A stretch of 62,904 bases of DNA, counting the filler, from Octopus bimaculoides (Eukaryota): NCBI RefSeq assembly GCF_001194135.2. It is 6 parts of 6 records of this genome, joined end to end, with 100 filler letters (N's around TTAATTAATTAA, not from the genome) between each part and the next. Parts side by side here need not be neighbours in the genome. Positions count along the whole stretch, not along the records: positions 1 to 30,009 come from NC_068988.1; 5 more parts are not named here. The stretch is one strand, 5' to 3'. The notes beneath the pieces were generated by a model that was given only the letters and a program-made list of their open reading frames with translations, did no database searches and was not told where the DNA came from. Below, piece by piece: positions 13,045 to 26,318 of the stretch. Numbering within the stretch: the stretch's first letter is position 1; each line of letters starts with the position of its first letter. Made by a program: the position numbers and the translations under genes.

Positions 13045-13870
13045 ATCCCTTTGAAGTCAAGTTTTGTGGTATCATGGTCCACTTGAGAAGGGAGTTATTG
13101 TTAAGTGTGTTGTATCCAAGTATAGATGGCTTTTCTGGTACCCTTGAAGAAATTTGTCCAAATTCCGTTTAAAGGTGATGGGATCTTTTCTCTCTTTGAT
13201 CTGTTTTGGGACAATGTTAAATAGGGCTGGGCCCTTGTCTAAAAAATAATTGTGTTTCAGTGTATTTATGTGTTGTGATCCTGAATTAGGTAGGGGACGT
13301 ATGGCCCGTGGTCCTAGCCTTGGATGAATTCTGAAACTAATGTTGGGGTCGTTTGGGCAAAGCTGATGGTATATTCTCCACATCGTGCAAATGATGCATC
13401 GGTCACGGTGGCGCTGGAGAGAATAGAGTTTCTCTGGTTTAAGGTGGTCCCAATAATAGAGATCAGTCATGCCCTTAATTCTTTTAATGAATACCCCCTG
13501 GGGTGATTCAGTTTCGAAATGTATTGTTTTGTATGGGGAGACCACAGGGGGAAGCAGCATTCGAGGTGTGACCGTACAAAGGAGGAGAAAAGAGGAAGGA
13601 TGATACCTTGTTCTCTGGACCGGAAGGTTCTTAGGGTCCAGGAGCTCATCCTACGAGCTTTCTCGACCTTATTGCTGATGTGGGCACTCCAGCTGAGATT
13701 GTTATCAACACTTACTCTTAGGTCTCTGATATTATTAGATGCTGTGAGTGGGTCCCCTAAAGGAAAAGAGTATGTATGTTCTAGCATAGTCTTTCTTCCA
13801 AAATGCATTAGTTCAAATTTTCCCTCGTTTAGTAGCATTTTGTTTCTGTCTGTCCATTGACTCACAGCAT
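13045..13870 (-). mobile_element. CR1-clade LINE, 5'-truncated RT C-terminus, frameshifted
   Basis: NKMLLNEGKFELMHFG..IRDLRVSVDNNLSWSAHI..ARRMSSWTLRTFRSR..FVRSHLECCFPLWSPH, then YYWDHLKPEKLYSLQRHRDR..KGPALFNIVPKQIK..FKRNLDKFL. Confidence 0.9.
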
Positions 13871-15896
13871 GTAGATCAGACTACCTATCTACATCTGTGG
13901 TGGTAACCGAGGCAGTCAGGGATGATGGCGATATTAAGTGATGTGAAAGACTGTGGTGATGGCGTTGGAGAGTAAGGCAGCAGCGTCAGAAGTCTGAATA
14001 GTGTGTGTATGGCAGTTGTGGTAGCGATGGTGGTGGTACTGGGGATGGTGATGGTTGAAAACAATCAACAGAAAGAGAGAGACAGAGACGGAAAAAGAGG
14101 GGCTAGACAATAAATAATCGTACTGACCCCTGAATGGGAAGACAAAAAATCTGGTTTATCGTGCAGCTTTGCAATAAGTTCCAAGTCCACATATTATATC
14201 ATTGTTTTGATGAAAATTGTTCATTGCTTGAAAAATATTAGTCCAGTTTGATAAAATTTAATATGTACTCAATGCATGAAGTGTCATTGTAGGGCCCAAA
14301 GCCCAAAGAAGAGCCCTCCATTGGAACTTTTGTTTATCCGGATAATTGCCTATATATATNNNNNNNNNNNNNNNNNNNNNNNNNNNNNNNNNNNNNNNNN
14401 NNNNNNNNNNNNNNNNNNNNNNNNNNNNNNNNNNNNNNNNNNNNNNNNNNNNNNNNNNNNNNNNNNNNNNNNNNNNNNNNNNNNNNNNNNNNNNNNNNNN
14501 NNNNNNNNNNNNNNNNNNNNNNNNNNNNNNNNNNNNNNNNNNNNNNNNNNNNNNNNNNNNNNNNNNNNNNNNNNNNNNNNNNNNNNNNNNNNNNNNNNNN
14601 NNNNNNNNNNNNNNNNNNNNNNNNNNNNNNNNNNNNNNNNNNNNNNNNNNNNNNNNNNNNNNNNNNNNNNNNNNNNNNNNNNNNNNNNNNNNNNNNNNNN
14701 NNNNNNNNNNNNNNNNNNNNNNNNNNNNNNNNNNNNNNNNNNNNNNNNNNNNNNNNNNNNNNNNNNNNNNNNATATATATATATATATATACACCGGAGT
14801 AAGCACATAAATTCGAAACACAGTGGAAAAATAGTACTCAAATACCAGAGGTAGAGTAAAATGCTTTATTAAAAAGTAGCGAAAATATTCGTCGGACAGT
14901 TTTGTTTATATATATATATATAACAGTGTTAATTTATGACAGTGTTAATATATAACACTGGCAACATGACAGTGTTATTTTTGAATGTTTGTCAAGAATG
15001 TAGCTAGTACGAAACAATATCGTGTATATACTAGATATTCAATGATTATTGAAACCACTTCGTGCAAAATACAGTTTTGCACGATCGATAATTTGTAGTT
15101 TTGATAGTGAGACCTATGTTTATTTTTAAAGCCCTAAATGTACTTAGAGAATGTTGTATCATATCTGTTTAAAACGCCGTCGATAGTTTGATAAGGAAAT
15201 GTGGTCGATCATCTAGTTGAAATCCTAAAGATATGTGTTTATATCATGGTGAATTCAAATTTCTAAAAAGTTTCTATTATGTTCACAATAGGAAGCTCAA
15301 TAAAACATTGAAGATCACCAACACAGATCATAATCTTTCACTAGCTATCTTTAAGATATATAGTCAGAAAGTTTTAATCTTTCTTCATTAACTATATCAT
15401 AAGACAACGTGAAAAACAACAAAAATTAAGGATAATGGCAAAGAACAAAACAATTCCATAACATCAAACTCATCGGATCAGATGAGCGGCAACAACTTTT
15501 GGTATAAACTGTTAACCAAATCCAATGCAGAGGCAGTACAAGAACCACGCAGATGATAGAATTTCGCATTATCTCATCATTTGACACGTGCTGCTATAAA
15601 AATATTCGCGTGGAAAATTAATTTTGCGTTTCCTTAGAACTTTTTAAACCGCTAAAATTTCTAACTACAGCTAGTTATATTTTCAATAACCATTGTAAAG
15701 AAAATTTTAACCAGGTTTATAACCTGTGAATATTTTTTTAAGTAAGGTTTGCAATGAAATCTTATTCAGGATTAATTAAATAATATGGTGTATAGCGTGT
15801 TACATAATGACTTTGAACACACACACACACACATCCATATATCTATATATAATAACTATACATACAAATATGTATATAATGTATGAAGTTAATATA

Positions 15897-15947
<51 letters not shown>

Positions 15948-15984
15948 TACATATACATATACACACATATATATATACACACAC

Positions 15985-16016
<32 letters not shown>

Positions 16017-16073
16017 TATATATACATATGTATACATGTATGTCTGTAAGTATGTACGTGTATATATATGTGT

Positions 16074-17115
16074 CTGACTGTGGGATCTCGGCATAGTCGG
16101 AAAACTTGGAGAGTGGCTACACGACTTTCTAAAAGGTAGACGCCAGGTAGTGGTGGCCAATGGAGCCACCTTAAAGGAAACACAAATAGTAAGCGATGTT
16201 CCACAGAATACTGTCTTAGGACGACTGCTATTTGTAGTGGCTCTCTCAGACATGCCCTAGCTATGCGTATGACAAAATCTTTCAGAAAATACAAAATCCT
16301 GGAAATAATGCGCATCTGCAGCGGGAGTTGGACGCATATACAGGTGGCCTGAGGACAACAACATGCAGTTTAATGCAGGAAAATTCCAAGCCCTGCGCTA
16401 TCATCATATACAATCGAACGACATGCAGACAAGATATACTGGCCCAGGAGAAATTGTGCGTGACCTGGGCATTGACATGAGTAATGATGCATCTTTCCAG
16501 GTGCATGTTATTAATTTGGTAATAAAATGCAGACGGCTAGCTGGATGGATCCTCCGAACTTTCAAAACGTGACGAAAGAAAACTATGATGGTCTTTTGGA
16601 GGGCATATGTCCTCAGCTGCTCGGACTACTGTTCTCAACGGTGACCACACAGTATAAAATTAACAGCGGAACTCGAAGCCATGCCACGAAGCTACACGAA
16701 GAAAATGCAACATATCAGCTACTGGGAAAGGCTGATAGAATTAAAACTCTTCTCCCTAGAACGAAGGCTGGAAAGATATGCAGTTATATACATCTGGAAA
16801 AACCTGGAAGTCCTTGTAACCAACTTTGGCATTGAAAGTTACACAAACAGCGTAATGCCAAAGATCCTAGCATCACCATCGAAATACAGGACAAGATACT
16901 GCAACAATTTGGGCTTCAGGTGCCCATAGCTCTTCAATATCCTTCCAAAATGCCCGAGGGACCTGCATAATGTGGATGTATGTGTCTTCATTGCAAAACT
17001 GGATTTCCTCCTGTCAAGGGTTCTAGATGAGTCTATCTCACGGAAGGAAACACAGATGGGGGCAGCAGCACCCAACTCCCACATTCACTAAATGCCACAT
17101 ATCGGAGGAGGTTTC
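16074..17115 (+). mobile_element. CR1-clade LINE (second family), degenerate RT and 3' end
   Basis: [30 protein letters not shown]; MQFNAGKFQALRY; VRDLGIDMSND..RLAGWILRTF; SYWERLIELKLFSLERRLERY; LFNILPK. Confidence 0.9.
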
Positions 17116-17202
17116 AAATAATGATGCAGCGCAGCCATCGTTGGTACCCCAACATGACCACAGCTATAAAGCTGAAACAATTTAAAGAATTTAAAGATTT
17201 GA

Positions 17203-17233
<31 letters not shown>

Positions 17234-18237
17234 GTGTGCGCGCGTGCGGTCTTGGCAGTGAATGTGTCCAAGTACGAGAAATATTGAGTTTAAATGATGA
17301 AATATCAAAAATGCCAGATTCGTGTATCAGACAATATGAGTTTTAATATTTAAGTGTACTGAAAGGTGAAGCGAAAAAGACATGGAAACATACAGACAGA
17401 TTGATGGAGAGTCTGATGAATGGGCGAATNNNNNNNNNNNNNNNNNNNNNNNNNNNNNNNNNNNNNNNNNNNNNNNNNNNNNNNNNNNNNNNNNNNNNNN
17501 NNNNNNNNNNNNNNNNNNNNNNNNNNNNNNNNNNNNNNNNNNNNNNNNNNNNNNNNNNNNNNNNNNNNNNNNNNNNNNNNNNNNNNNNNNNNNNNNNNNN
17601 NNNNNNNNNNNNNNNNNNNNNNNNNNNNNNNNNNNNNNNNNNNNNNNNNNNNNNNNNNNNNNNNNNNNNNNNNNNNNNNNNNNNNNNNNNNNNNNNNNNN
17701 NNNNNNNNNNNNNNNNNNNNNNNNNNNNNNNNNNNNNNNNNNNNNNNNNNNNNNNNNNNNNNNNNNNNNNNNNNNNNNNNNNNNNNNNNNNNNNNNNNNN
17801 NNNNNNNNNNNNNNNNNNNNNNNNNNNNNNNNNNNNNNNNNNNNNNNNNNNNNNNNNNNNNNNNNNNNNNNNNNNNNNNNNNNNNNNNNNNNNNNNNNNN
17901 NNNNNNNNNNNNNNNNNNNNNNNNNNNNNNNNNNNATATATATATATAATATATATATGTACACACACACACACACACGCATATATATATATATGTACAT
18001 AAATGATGTACATATGGACATACATATATTCACACAGTCTATCATACAAACCATATTATGCTAATATTCAAAACGAAGTTGTTTATCATCTTAGACGGTC
18101 TGTTTACTTACGGAACCTTCTAATAACTGGACAGACATCACCAAGACTGGCAGCATATATTTACCAATAATTAGATAGAAGATATTGGACACTTACCTGA
18201 AAAGAAAGAAAAAGAAATTATTAAGTTGTAACTTTCG

Positions 18238-18290
<53 letters not shown>

Positions 18291-19339
18291 TCTATCGTCA
18301 TCATCATTGAGTATTATGGACTTTATATAACCGATACACCTGTACGTATCTATGAGTGTGCTTTTGTTTATCTGCATGTCCAATTGTGTGTGCACATGCA
18401 TCCACACACACTCACGTGCACGCACAAACACACTCAGACACACACACATATCTTCGTATATATATATGTATATATATATTTATATATATGCAAATATATC
18501 TGTATGTATATATATATATGTGTGTGTATATGTCTATATGTATACATGGGCATATAAATATGTGTATATATATGTGCATGTGTGTGCGTGTGTCTGTGCT
18601 TGTGGAAGCTTTCTGAAATAGCGTTGCACACCATTATAATCAAACATCATCCCATAATTGCTACACAGAAAATATTTATTACATTAAAAATGAAACCAAT
18701 GTCTATGAATGCAAAAATTGAGTTAGAACTTTCTATGGCTTAACTCGCTTTTTAATTTAATGGTTCATTACCTTACAACTTGAAACTTTCCGGTAAATCT
18801 CAAATATTTTCTTTCATTACAGACATTGTTAAATCTTGATATTGGTCTAGTCTCTACCAATAAATTTAACACCAGGAAAGTATTTCACTCAAGCAGTACG
18901 ATCCTCTCTTCGAAAGTAACTGTTATTACCTTACCGGCTGTCCCTGTATGAGAGTTGTGGTTTACAGTACTAAATATTCACTTGAAAAAGGCATGACACA
19001 ACTTTGTCCAAGTATATATGGTCCTTGAAGAACACTAAGTTGACTAACTTCAAGTTACAAAAGTTTGTCTTTGGCTTCACTTTATACAAGCTGCAATTTC
19101 GATTGTATTTTGCATACTCTTCTTTGTTGCAAAGAGAAAAAAGTTGATGCTCCAAGACTCGAATAGTTTCAATAAAAATTTGGGAATTTGTCAAGCAAAG
19201 CAGACATTACTCAGAATTCTATCCGCAAACTTGTTAATAACCAACTGTGTAATTAATACGTAACTAATTTCTGACCTTATTTTTTGCCGGCTCGAGGCTA
19301 TAGTAGAAGACACCTGCCCAAATTCGAAAAATATGTCAG

Positions 19340-19568
19340 AGAAATCGGAATTGACATGAGAGCAGAGCAAGCCCCCCAAAACTGCTTTGCTGGGGACAGC
19401 TAAGAATTTGAGATTGGTACCTGGATGTTGAATGTCTCCCACGATAATTAACAACCAAGTATCAATGGTTATAATGTGCAGAAAGAGACCCTGGGAGACC
19501 TCTTTCAACAGGCTGTTGTCCACTCTCACAGAATCCACCAAAGCAAACAAGACCGAACGCTCTGAGGC

Positions 19569-19570
<2 letters not shown>
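19340..19570 (+). mobile_element. 3' end of an R4/Dong-like RLE retroelement followed by (GAA)n
   Basis: KTALLGTAKNLRLVPGC* matches the C-terminal LLGTAxILRxVL motif; short 3'UTR then (GAA)n. Confidence 0.6.
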
Positions 19571-19600
<30 letters not shown>

Positions 19601-19671
19601 AAGAAGAAGAAGAAGAAGAAGAAGAAGAAGAAGAAGAAGAAGAAGAACAACAACAACAACAACAACAACAA

Positions 19672-20806
19672 GGGTAGCTCATTTAAACTTTTAAGGGGAG
19701 AAGGGCCTTTTGAGTCTTTTTAGACAAACCCCTCTAGAAATGGTGTCTCAACAAAAATAATGGTGGTTGTGACACCTTTTCAATACTTACTTCTGCATGA
19801 AAGTAATGAATAATAGAATTAACACAAACAACGGCGTACGTATGGACGGAACCACAGGTGACGGATTTTCGCCCGGCAAGTACCCTATGGGTGAGCAGCA
19901 CAGGTCCAGTCGTCATTATATGGCTGCTGGAACTAAATGGACCAAAACGATGAATATAGCTGTCATAGTATGTTATTTTTTGAGTAGACCCACTGAAAAT
20001 GAAGGGAGACCCATAAAAGGATATATAAAGAGGATGCATAACACATGGATAGAGACTCTGCGGCCAGGTAAGAGCAATAAGGAAGAAAGGATGGCTAACG
20101 GTATTAGAGCTCGATGAGATTAGGAGGAAGGTGATGACGGAAAACACGTGGAGCGATGCAGAAGAAGATACAGAGAATGCTGACGATGCTGCACTTATTG
20201 AGATTAACCAGGAGAAGTATAATGTCTCAAGCCCTGGATAATATGATCAACAACGGTGTACAAATCCTAAAGTGGCTGACCACATGTAAAACAATTCTTT
20301 GCCAAATGGATAATTACTGGCCTATCACCTACCTGCCTTTGATGTGGAAGCTGATGATAGGAATAATATCTAATTATGTGAATAGCTTCCTGGAAATGAA
20401 TGATAAACTGCCAGTAGGACATAGTAACCTTTAGGAGGGACAAACAAGATTGCCTAATAATCGACGCAGCAGTGCCAAGAGATCAGCATATATGAAAGAA
20501 AGAGAAAAGATCGATAAATATAGAGTCCTGAGAATTGAGATCACCAAGATATAGTAGCCACGAGAGTCAAACATAAGGGTTGTCCCTATTGTCATCGGAG
20601 CATTGGGTTCAATACCACCCAAACTTTAGAAATAACCTATAATCTAGGGGTATTGTAAAAATCAGCATTACTTGAAACAGCATGCATATTTCGTAAAGTA
20701 CTGTCTGTCTGAGGTCTTTGTTGTGCCTTGACAGACAGTACAAACCCCCAGTAGACACAATATCTTCAATTAACAACATCACAATATTGGATACTGTGCG
20801 AACCTT
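19672..20806 (+). mobile_element. Internally deleted R4/Dong-like RLE retroelement retaining 5' ORF start, an RT fragment and the RLE/3' end
   Basis: KWTKTMNIAVIVCYFLSRP..KGYIKRMHNTW (N-terminus); NYWPITYLPLMWKLMIGII..FLEMNDKLP (RT); CLIIDAAVPRD..KEREKIDKYRVLRIEI..VVPIVIGALGSIP (RLE). Flanked by (CAA)n and (AAT)n. Confidence 0.8.
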
Positions 20807-20841
20807 AAATAATAATAATAATAATAATAATAGTAGTAGTA

Positions 20842-20873
<32 letters not shown>

Positions 20874-20874
20874 C

Positions 20875-21440
20875 CTTTCTACTGTAGGTACAAGGCCTGA
20901 AATTTTAGGGTAGTGGGGATAAGTCGATTTCACCGACCCCAGTACACTACTGGTACTTATTTTGTCGACCCCGAAAGGATGAAATGCAAAGTCGATCTCG
21001 CCGGAATTTGAACTCAGAACGTGAAGACAGACGAAATACCTCTAAGCATTTNNNNNNNNNNNNNNNNNNNNNNNNNNNNNNNNNNNNNNNNNNNNNNNNN
21101 NNNNNNNNNNNNNNNNNNNNNNNNNNNNNNNNNNNNNNNNNNNNNNNNNNNNNNNNNNNNNNNNNNNNNNNNNNNNNNNNNNNNNNNNNNNNNNNNNNNN
21201 NNNNNNGCCCGGCGTGCTAACGATTCTTTTCTACTCTAGGCACAAGGCCCGAAACTTTTGGGGAGGGGGGGGGCAGTCGATTAGATCGACTCCAGTACGC
21301 AACTGGTACTTAATTTATCGACCCCGAAAGGATGAAAGGCAAAGTCGACCTCTGTGGAATTTGAACTCAAAACGTAAAGATAGACGAAATATTACTAAGC
21401 ATTTTGCCCGGTGTGCTAACGATTCTACCATCTCGCCGCC
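20875..21440 (-). mobile_element. SINE family B copies (at least 2, split by a gap)
   Basis: Same core as 7961-8370 in reverse orientation. Confidence 0.8.
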
Positions 21441-21457
21441 AACAACAATAATAATAT

Positions 21458-21900
21458 CCTGATGCACTATATGGCATTGGTTCTCATGGCTTCTGATTTT
21501 AACTGATTATGAGTGCTAACATGTATATGTTTTGTCACAGTGTATAAGATGGGCTACAGCAAATATTCGGCTCAGTGCCACAGATTTGCTTGTGAGATGC
21601 TTGACTTTAACCAGTTGAACATATCCCTTCGTAGCTAACGATATGTGCATCTCTGATCACGAATAAGAGTAGTGGGGGATCCATCATAACCATGTGTTAA
21701 GAGGAATATCTTTGGGCCCCACCTGCAAGGTCATGCACCGTTTATCTTGATATGAGATAATCATGTTGCACACATATGGTTGTGATATCGTGTGCTTGGT
21801 GTACCCTTATCAGACGGGTAGTCATTATGGGTATATTAGGTTTCGTATATCTTTACCACTGTGTTACTTTGATGGTATGCGATGTTTTCTCACTGAGTAA
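21458..21900 (+). mobile_element. Interspersed repeat E with (AAT)n tail (probable retroposon 3' part); partial second copy at 23455-23578
   Basis: Shared tggtgtacccttatcagac.ggtagtcat.atgggtata.t.gg.ttcgtatat.tt.acc...tgt.actttgatg...tctcact followed by AAT repeats. Confidence 0.6.
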
Positions 21901-21914
21901 TAATAATAATAATG

Positions 21915-21966
<52 letters not shown>

Positions 21967-22006
21967 TGATAATAATAATAAAAATAATATTAATAATAAT
22001 AATAAC

Positions 22007-22038
<32 letters not shown>

Positions 22039-22063
22039 TAATAATAATAATAATAATAATAAC

Positions 22064-22098
<35 letters not shown>

Positions 22099-22107
22099 TA
22101 AAAAGAG

Positions 22108-22335
22108 CAGCGAAGTGGCAGAATCGTCAGCATGTCGGGCGAAATGCTTAGCGGTATTTCGGCTGCCGTTACGTTCTGAGTTCAAATTCCACCGGAGTCG
22201 ACTTTGCCTTTCTTCCTTTCGGGGTCGATTAAATAAGTACTAGCTACGCACTGGGGTCGATGTAATCGACTTAATCCCTTTGTCTGTTCTTGTTTGTACC
22301 CACTATGTTTAGCCCCCTGGTGGGCAATAAATAAA
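22108..22335 (+). mobile_element. SINE family B monomer with tail 1
   Basis: gcgaagtggcagaatcgtcagcatgtcgggcgaaatgcttagcgg...gagttcaaattcc...gggcaataaa. Confidence 0.8.
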
Positions 22336-22416
22336 TAATAACAATAACGATAAAAATATTACTGAAGAAATAAAAAAGATGAAAAACTTTATTATAATAT
22401 TGTTGTTTCATTATTA

Positions 22417-22468
<52 letters not shown>

Positions 22469-22494
22469 CATTATTATTATTATTATTATTATCA

Positions 22495-22531
<37 letters not shown>

Positions 22532-22648
22532 CATTATTATTACTATTATTATTATTATTGTTGTTGTTGTTATTGGTAGCAGTAGCAGTAGTAGTAGCAG
22601 TGATAGTAGTAGTAGTAGTACTGATAGTAGTAGTAGTAGTAGTACTGA

Positions 22649-22680
<32 letters not shown>

Positions 22681-22971
22681 ATGAGCTAGTTTTTCCGCTA
22701 TCTCTCACTGCACTCGCTGCTGGAATATTTTGTGATGGTATTAGTGGGGGTGTAGTTGGCGGGAGAGTAATGTAACGAAACGAAAGTTAAGTTGGAATGA
22801 CAAGAATTGATGGGAAAATGGAAAAGATACAGTTTTGGCAGTTAGCCAGAACATATTAGTAATATCTTGGTGGTGGTGGTGGTGGTAAATGTTTTGGTAG
22901 TGGATGTGATAGTGGTGATGGGAGCGGAGATTGTAACGGTAGTGGTGGTGGTGTCAGTGGTAGCTTTGATG

Positions 22972-23206
22972 GGTAATCCTCAAGTTTAGGAGGATAAAAA
23001 AAATAAATAAAAATATTCAAGGGAAGTAACTGAACGTCTTACCAGTAACTGAACGTGATTTGATTGACGTTAGGGTTAGGATTAGGGTTAGGGTGTGATT
23101 TATTTATAAACAGCTAGAAGAAAACGGATAATACTGGTAAGTCGTTCAGTTATTTCCCTTGAATATTTTTATTTATTTTTTTATCCCCCTAAACTTGAAG
23201 ATTACC
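22972..23206. mobile_element. 235-bp MITE, 76-bp TIRs, 9-bp TSD (gctttgatg), internal TTAGGG repeats; Merlin- or MULE-like
   Basis: TIRs 22972-23047 and 23132-23206 differ by 4 substitutions and 1 indel; identical gctttgatg at 22963-22971 and 23207-23215; termini GGTAA...TTACC. Confidence 0.85.
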
Positions 23207-23609
23207 GCTTTGATGATGGTGATGGTGCGAATGGTAATGATGGTGGTGGGGATTGGGATATAGCGGGGGTGGTGATGGTGGTAGTGTCAGTGGTAGTTGT
23301 GGTGATGGTGGTGGTGCGAATGGTAATGGTGGTGGTGATGGTGATATTGGTGATGGATATGGTGATGGTTGTGGTAATGGTAATGATGTGGCGATGGTAA
23401 TGATGTGGTAATGGTAGTTGTAGTGGTGAGGATTGTGGTAGTGGTCATTGTGGTGGTTGTGACGCATTTGCCTGGTGTACCCTTATCAGACAGGTAGTCA
23501 TGATGGGTATACTGGGCTTCGTATATTTTACCCCAGTGTCACTTTGATGACATGCACTGCTCTCTCACTCAATAATGATAACAACAACAACAATTATGAT
23601 AACAGTAAT

Positions 23610-23878
23610 GATATACTATGATAAAAAGGGGATGTGAAAAGCATCTAGATAACATCCCAGGAGAACTATGTCCCAGAGAAATCCAAAAGATTGTGCTGCC
23701 AAGTACTGGCCACATCCTTAGAAAAACCCTATCGATTTAAATGTCTGTTATGTATTACATGAAAATATTTCGCTTCTGCTCCTGCCACTTCTCCCTCCAA
23801 GCTTATCCTTCTCTCGCCTTAGGACATTGGGTGCGTCTCGGCAAGTGATTGTAACAAACATGGGGATTAAAAGAAAAT
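23610..23878 (+). mobile_element. 3' end of an R4/Dong-like element followed by (AAT)n
   Basis: KHLDNIPGELCPREIQKIVLPSTGHILRKTLSI* then 3'UTR and (AAT)n. Confidence 0.7.
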
Positions 23879-23975
23879 AATAATAATAATAATGATGATG
23901 ATGGTGATGATGATGATGATGACAACAGCAACAATAACAACAACAACAACAACAACAATAATAATAATAATAAAG

Positions 23976-24029
<54 letters not shown>

Positions 24030-24272
24030 GGCAATTAAAAAAAGAAACGGAGAACCTAGTTGTAGCAGCCCAATATCAAGCAGTAAAAATAAACAACTTG
24101 AGACAAAATATTTATGGAGAGAATGAATTAGAAATATGTAGAGCCTGTGGAACTTGGAACGAGACAATGGCACACATTGTAGAAGAATGCCCCAAGGTGG
24201 CACAGGAAGAGTATAAGAAATGGAGGCACGACCAGGCTGTAAAAGTTTCACACTGGAAACTGTGCCAGAATT
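24030..24272 (+). mobile_element. R4/Dong-like zinc-knuckle fragment between two (AAT)n arrays
   Basis: LVVAAQYQAVK..CRACGTWNETMAHIVEECPKVAQEEYKKWRHDQAVKVSHWKLCQ (CxxC..H..C + RHD motif). Confidence 0.85.
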
Positions 24273-24293
24273 GAAACAAAAATGATAATGATG

Positions 24294-24351
<58 letters not shown>

Positions 24352-24855
24352 TAATAATCGTGGAGATGATGTAGAAGACGTCTGTCCACGTTGTAGTTTA
24401 GCTCAACATAATTCCATTACTCTAAACATCAAAGCTGAATTGAATCAGATTCTTTAAGTCTTCTGGCACAGATTTGTTATATCAACATCTCTGATAAGTG
24501 CTAGCTACATGTATGTGTGTATGTATGCGCGTGTGTGTGTGTGCGTGTGTGTGCGTGTGTGTGCGTATGTGGGTGTCCATGCCGCTGCATGTGTATTCTG
24601 TGTCATGTATAAATGGGTGTGTAGAATTGGATGTGTGTAGAATTGGACGACTGTGTTTATGCGAATGAGTGCATCTGCCATTGTAATGCGCGTGCTTAGT
24701 GGAAGAAGTAACGTCACGGCAATTATATGCCACTTGTTTATACGCATAGATTCAAACGAATACACGTGCACGTATGCGCATGAACACACAAACACACAGA
24801 TGTATGTGTACATGTATGTGTGTATGTATGTATGTATGTATGTATGTATGTATGC

Positions 24856-24921
<66 letters not shown>

Positions 24922-25010
24922 GTGCATAAATATTCACATATACATTCACGTACGAGAAAGTACACTTTCTGTTTAACGATAACTTGTAGATTCACACATG
25001 TTTATGCATT

Positions 25011-25041
<31 letters not shown>

Positions 25042-26318
25042 GGGTGTATCCTCTCTTTCTATCCTTCTTCTGAGTCCTTAGGACATTAGTCCCTTTTAGG
25101 ACATGCTTGCTGACCAACTGCCCTATCTGCAATACGAGCAAGTGCCCACGATCATATGTATTGCACCAAGTACAATGTGCTAAATGCAGTAACTGCTTCA
25201 ATGTCAGCGCAATTCGACCTCAACATATTCGATTGAAGTAACACTTGACAACACATACATCTTCCTCCGAGAAGGCACTCGAATTGGGATAACGAAAAGA
25301 ATAATATATCCGCAAACATCCTGGAATATAACAGAGCGCAATATCGGCAACTTACAGATCGAAGACGTTATTCTCATTCGAAAACTCAGGTCTAATGTTT
25401 ATGGTCGACTGGAGTTCCGCGAATGACTGGGATTAGCTGTCCACCACCAACGCCATTGTTACCACTGATGTGTCTACTTTCATGGATTCTACTACTACTA
25501 CTACTGCTGGTAATCTTGTTACTGCTGCTGCCTCTAGCGAGGATGTCTCTTACTAATGTGACTACTGACAAAACTGCAAGAACCATTGCTGGTACCTCCA
25601 GCATGACCACCACCACCAACAACATCGATACTGCCGCTATCAATACAACCACTATTACAACCACGCTACTGCTGCTGCTGCTCGTAGATACACATCCTAA
25701 TCTTTCTGTTCCTTTTCTGTACCAATACAACATTTTTCGACTTGACGCTACTGAAACTCCCGCCTAAGAAAACACACGGTGATCTCTGCTTTATAATAAT
25801 TCGTTAGCTGCATTTTCTTTGTAAGTGAGTGAATAACTTGAAATATATGGGAAATTTATAAAATGTTAATCCACTTTCTGTCAAGATCCAATGTTACAAG
25901 TTTGTATGCTATAATGATTATAGAGTAAGTATGAATAATACAAAGAAGAGAAAATATACAGAATTTTATTTCATAACTTCTTTACACGTGTTTCAGAAAG
26001 TATTACCTTACGATTATGTAAAACCTTTTGAAATCATTTTTTCGCATACGCCACCTTTCATATCATGCATCTGATCAGTTGATGAGCACGCCTTTACTTA
26101 TACATTAGCTCATCTTACGTAGAAATGTTACTTTAGCATCACTTAACCTAATCACTATGTTTTATTCCAGCCAAAACACGTGTGGAAATGTCAAAAGTAT
26201 CTAATTTCATAAGTTGTTCTCTTGTCATTTGCCACACACACACGTATATACACACACGCACACCTGTGCCAATGTATGTTAATATCTATCTATCTATCTA
26301 TCTCTTTCTCTCTCTCTA

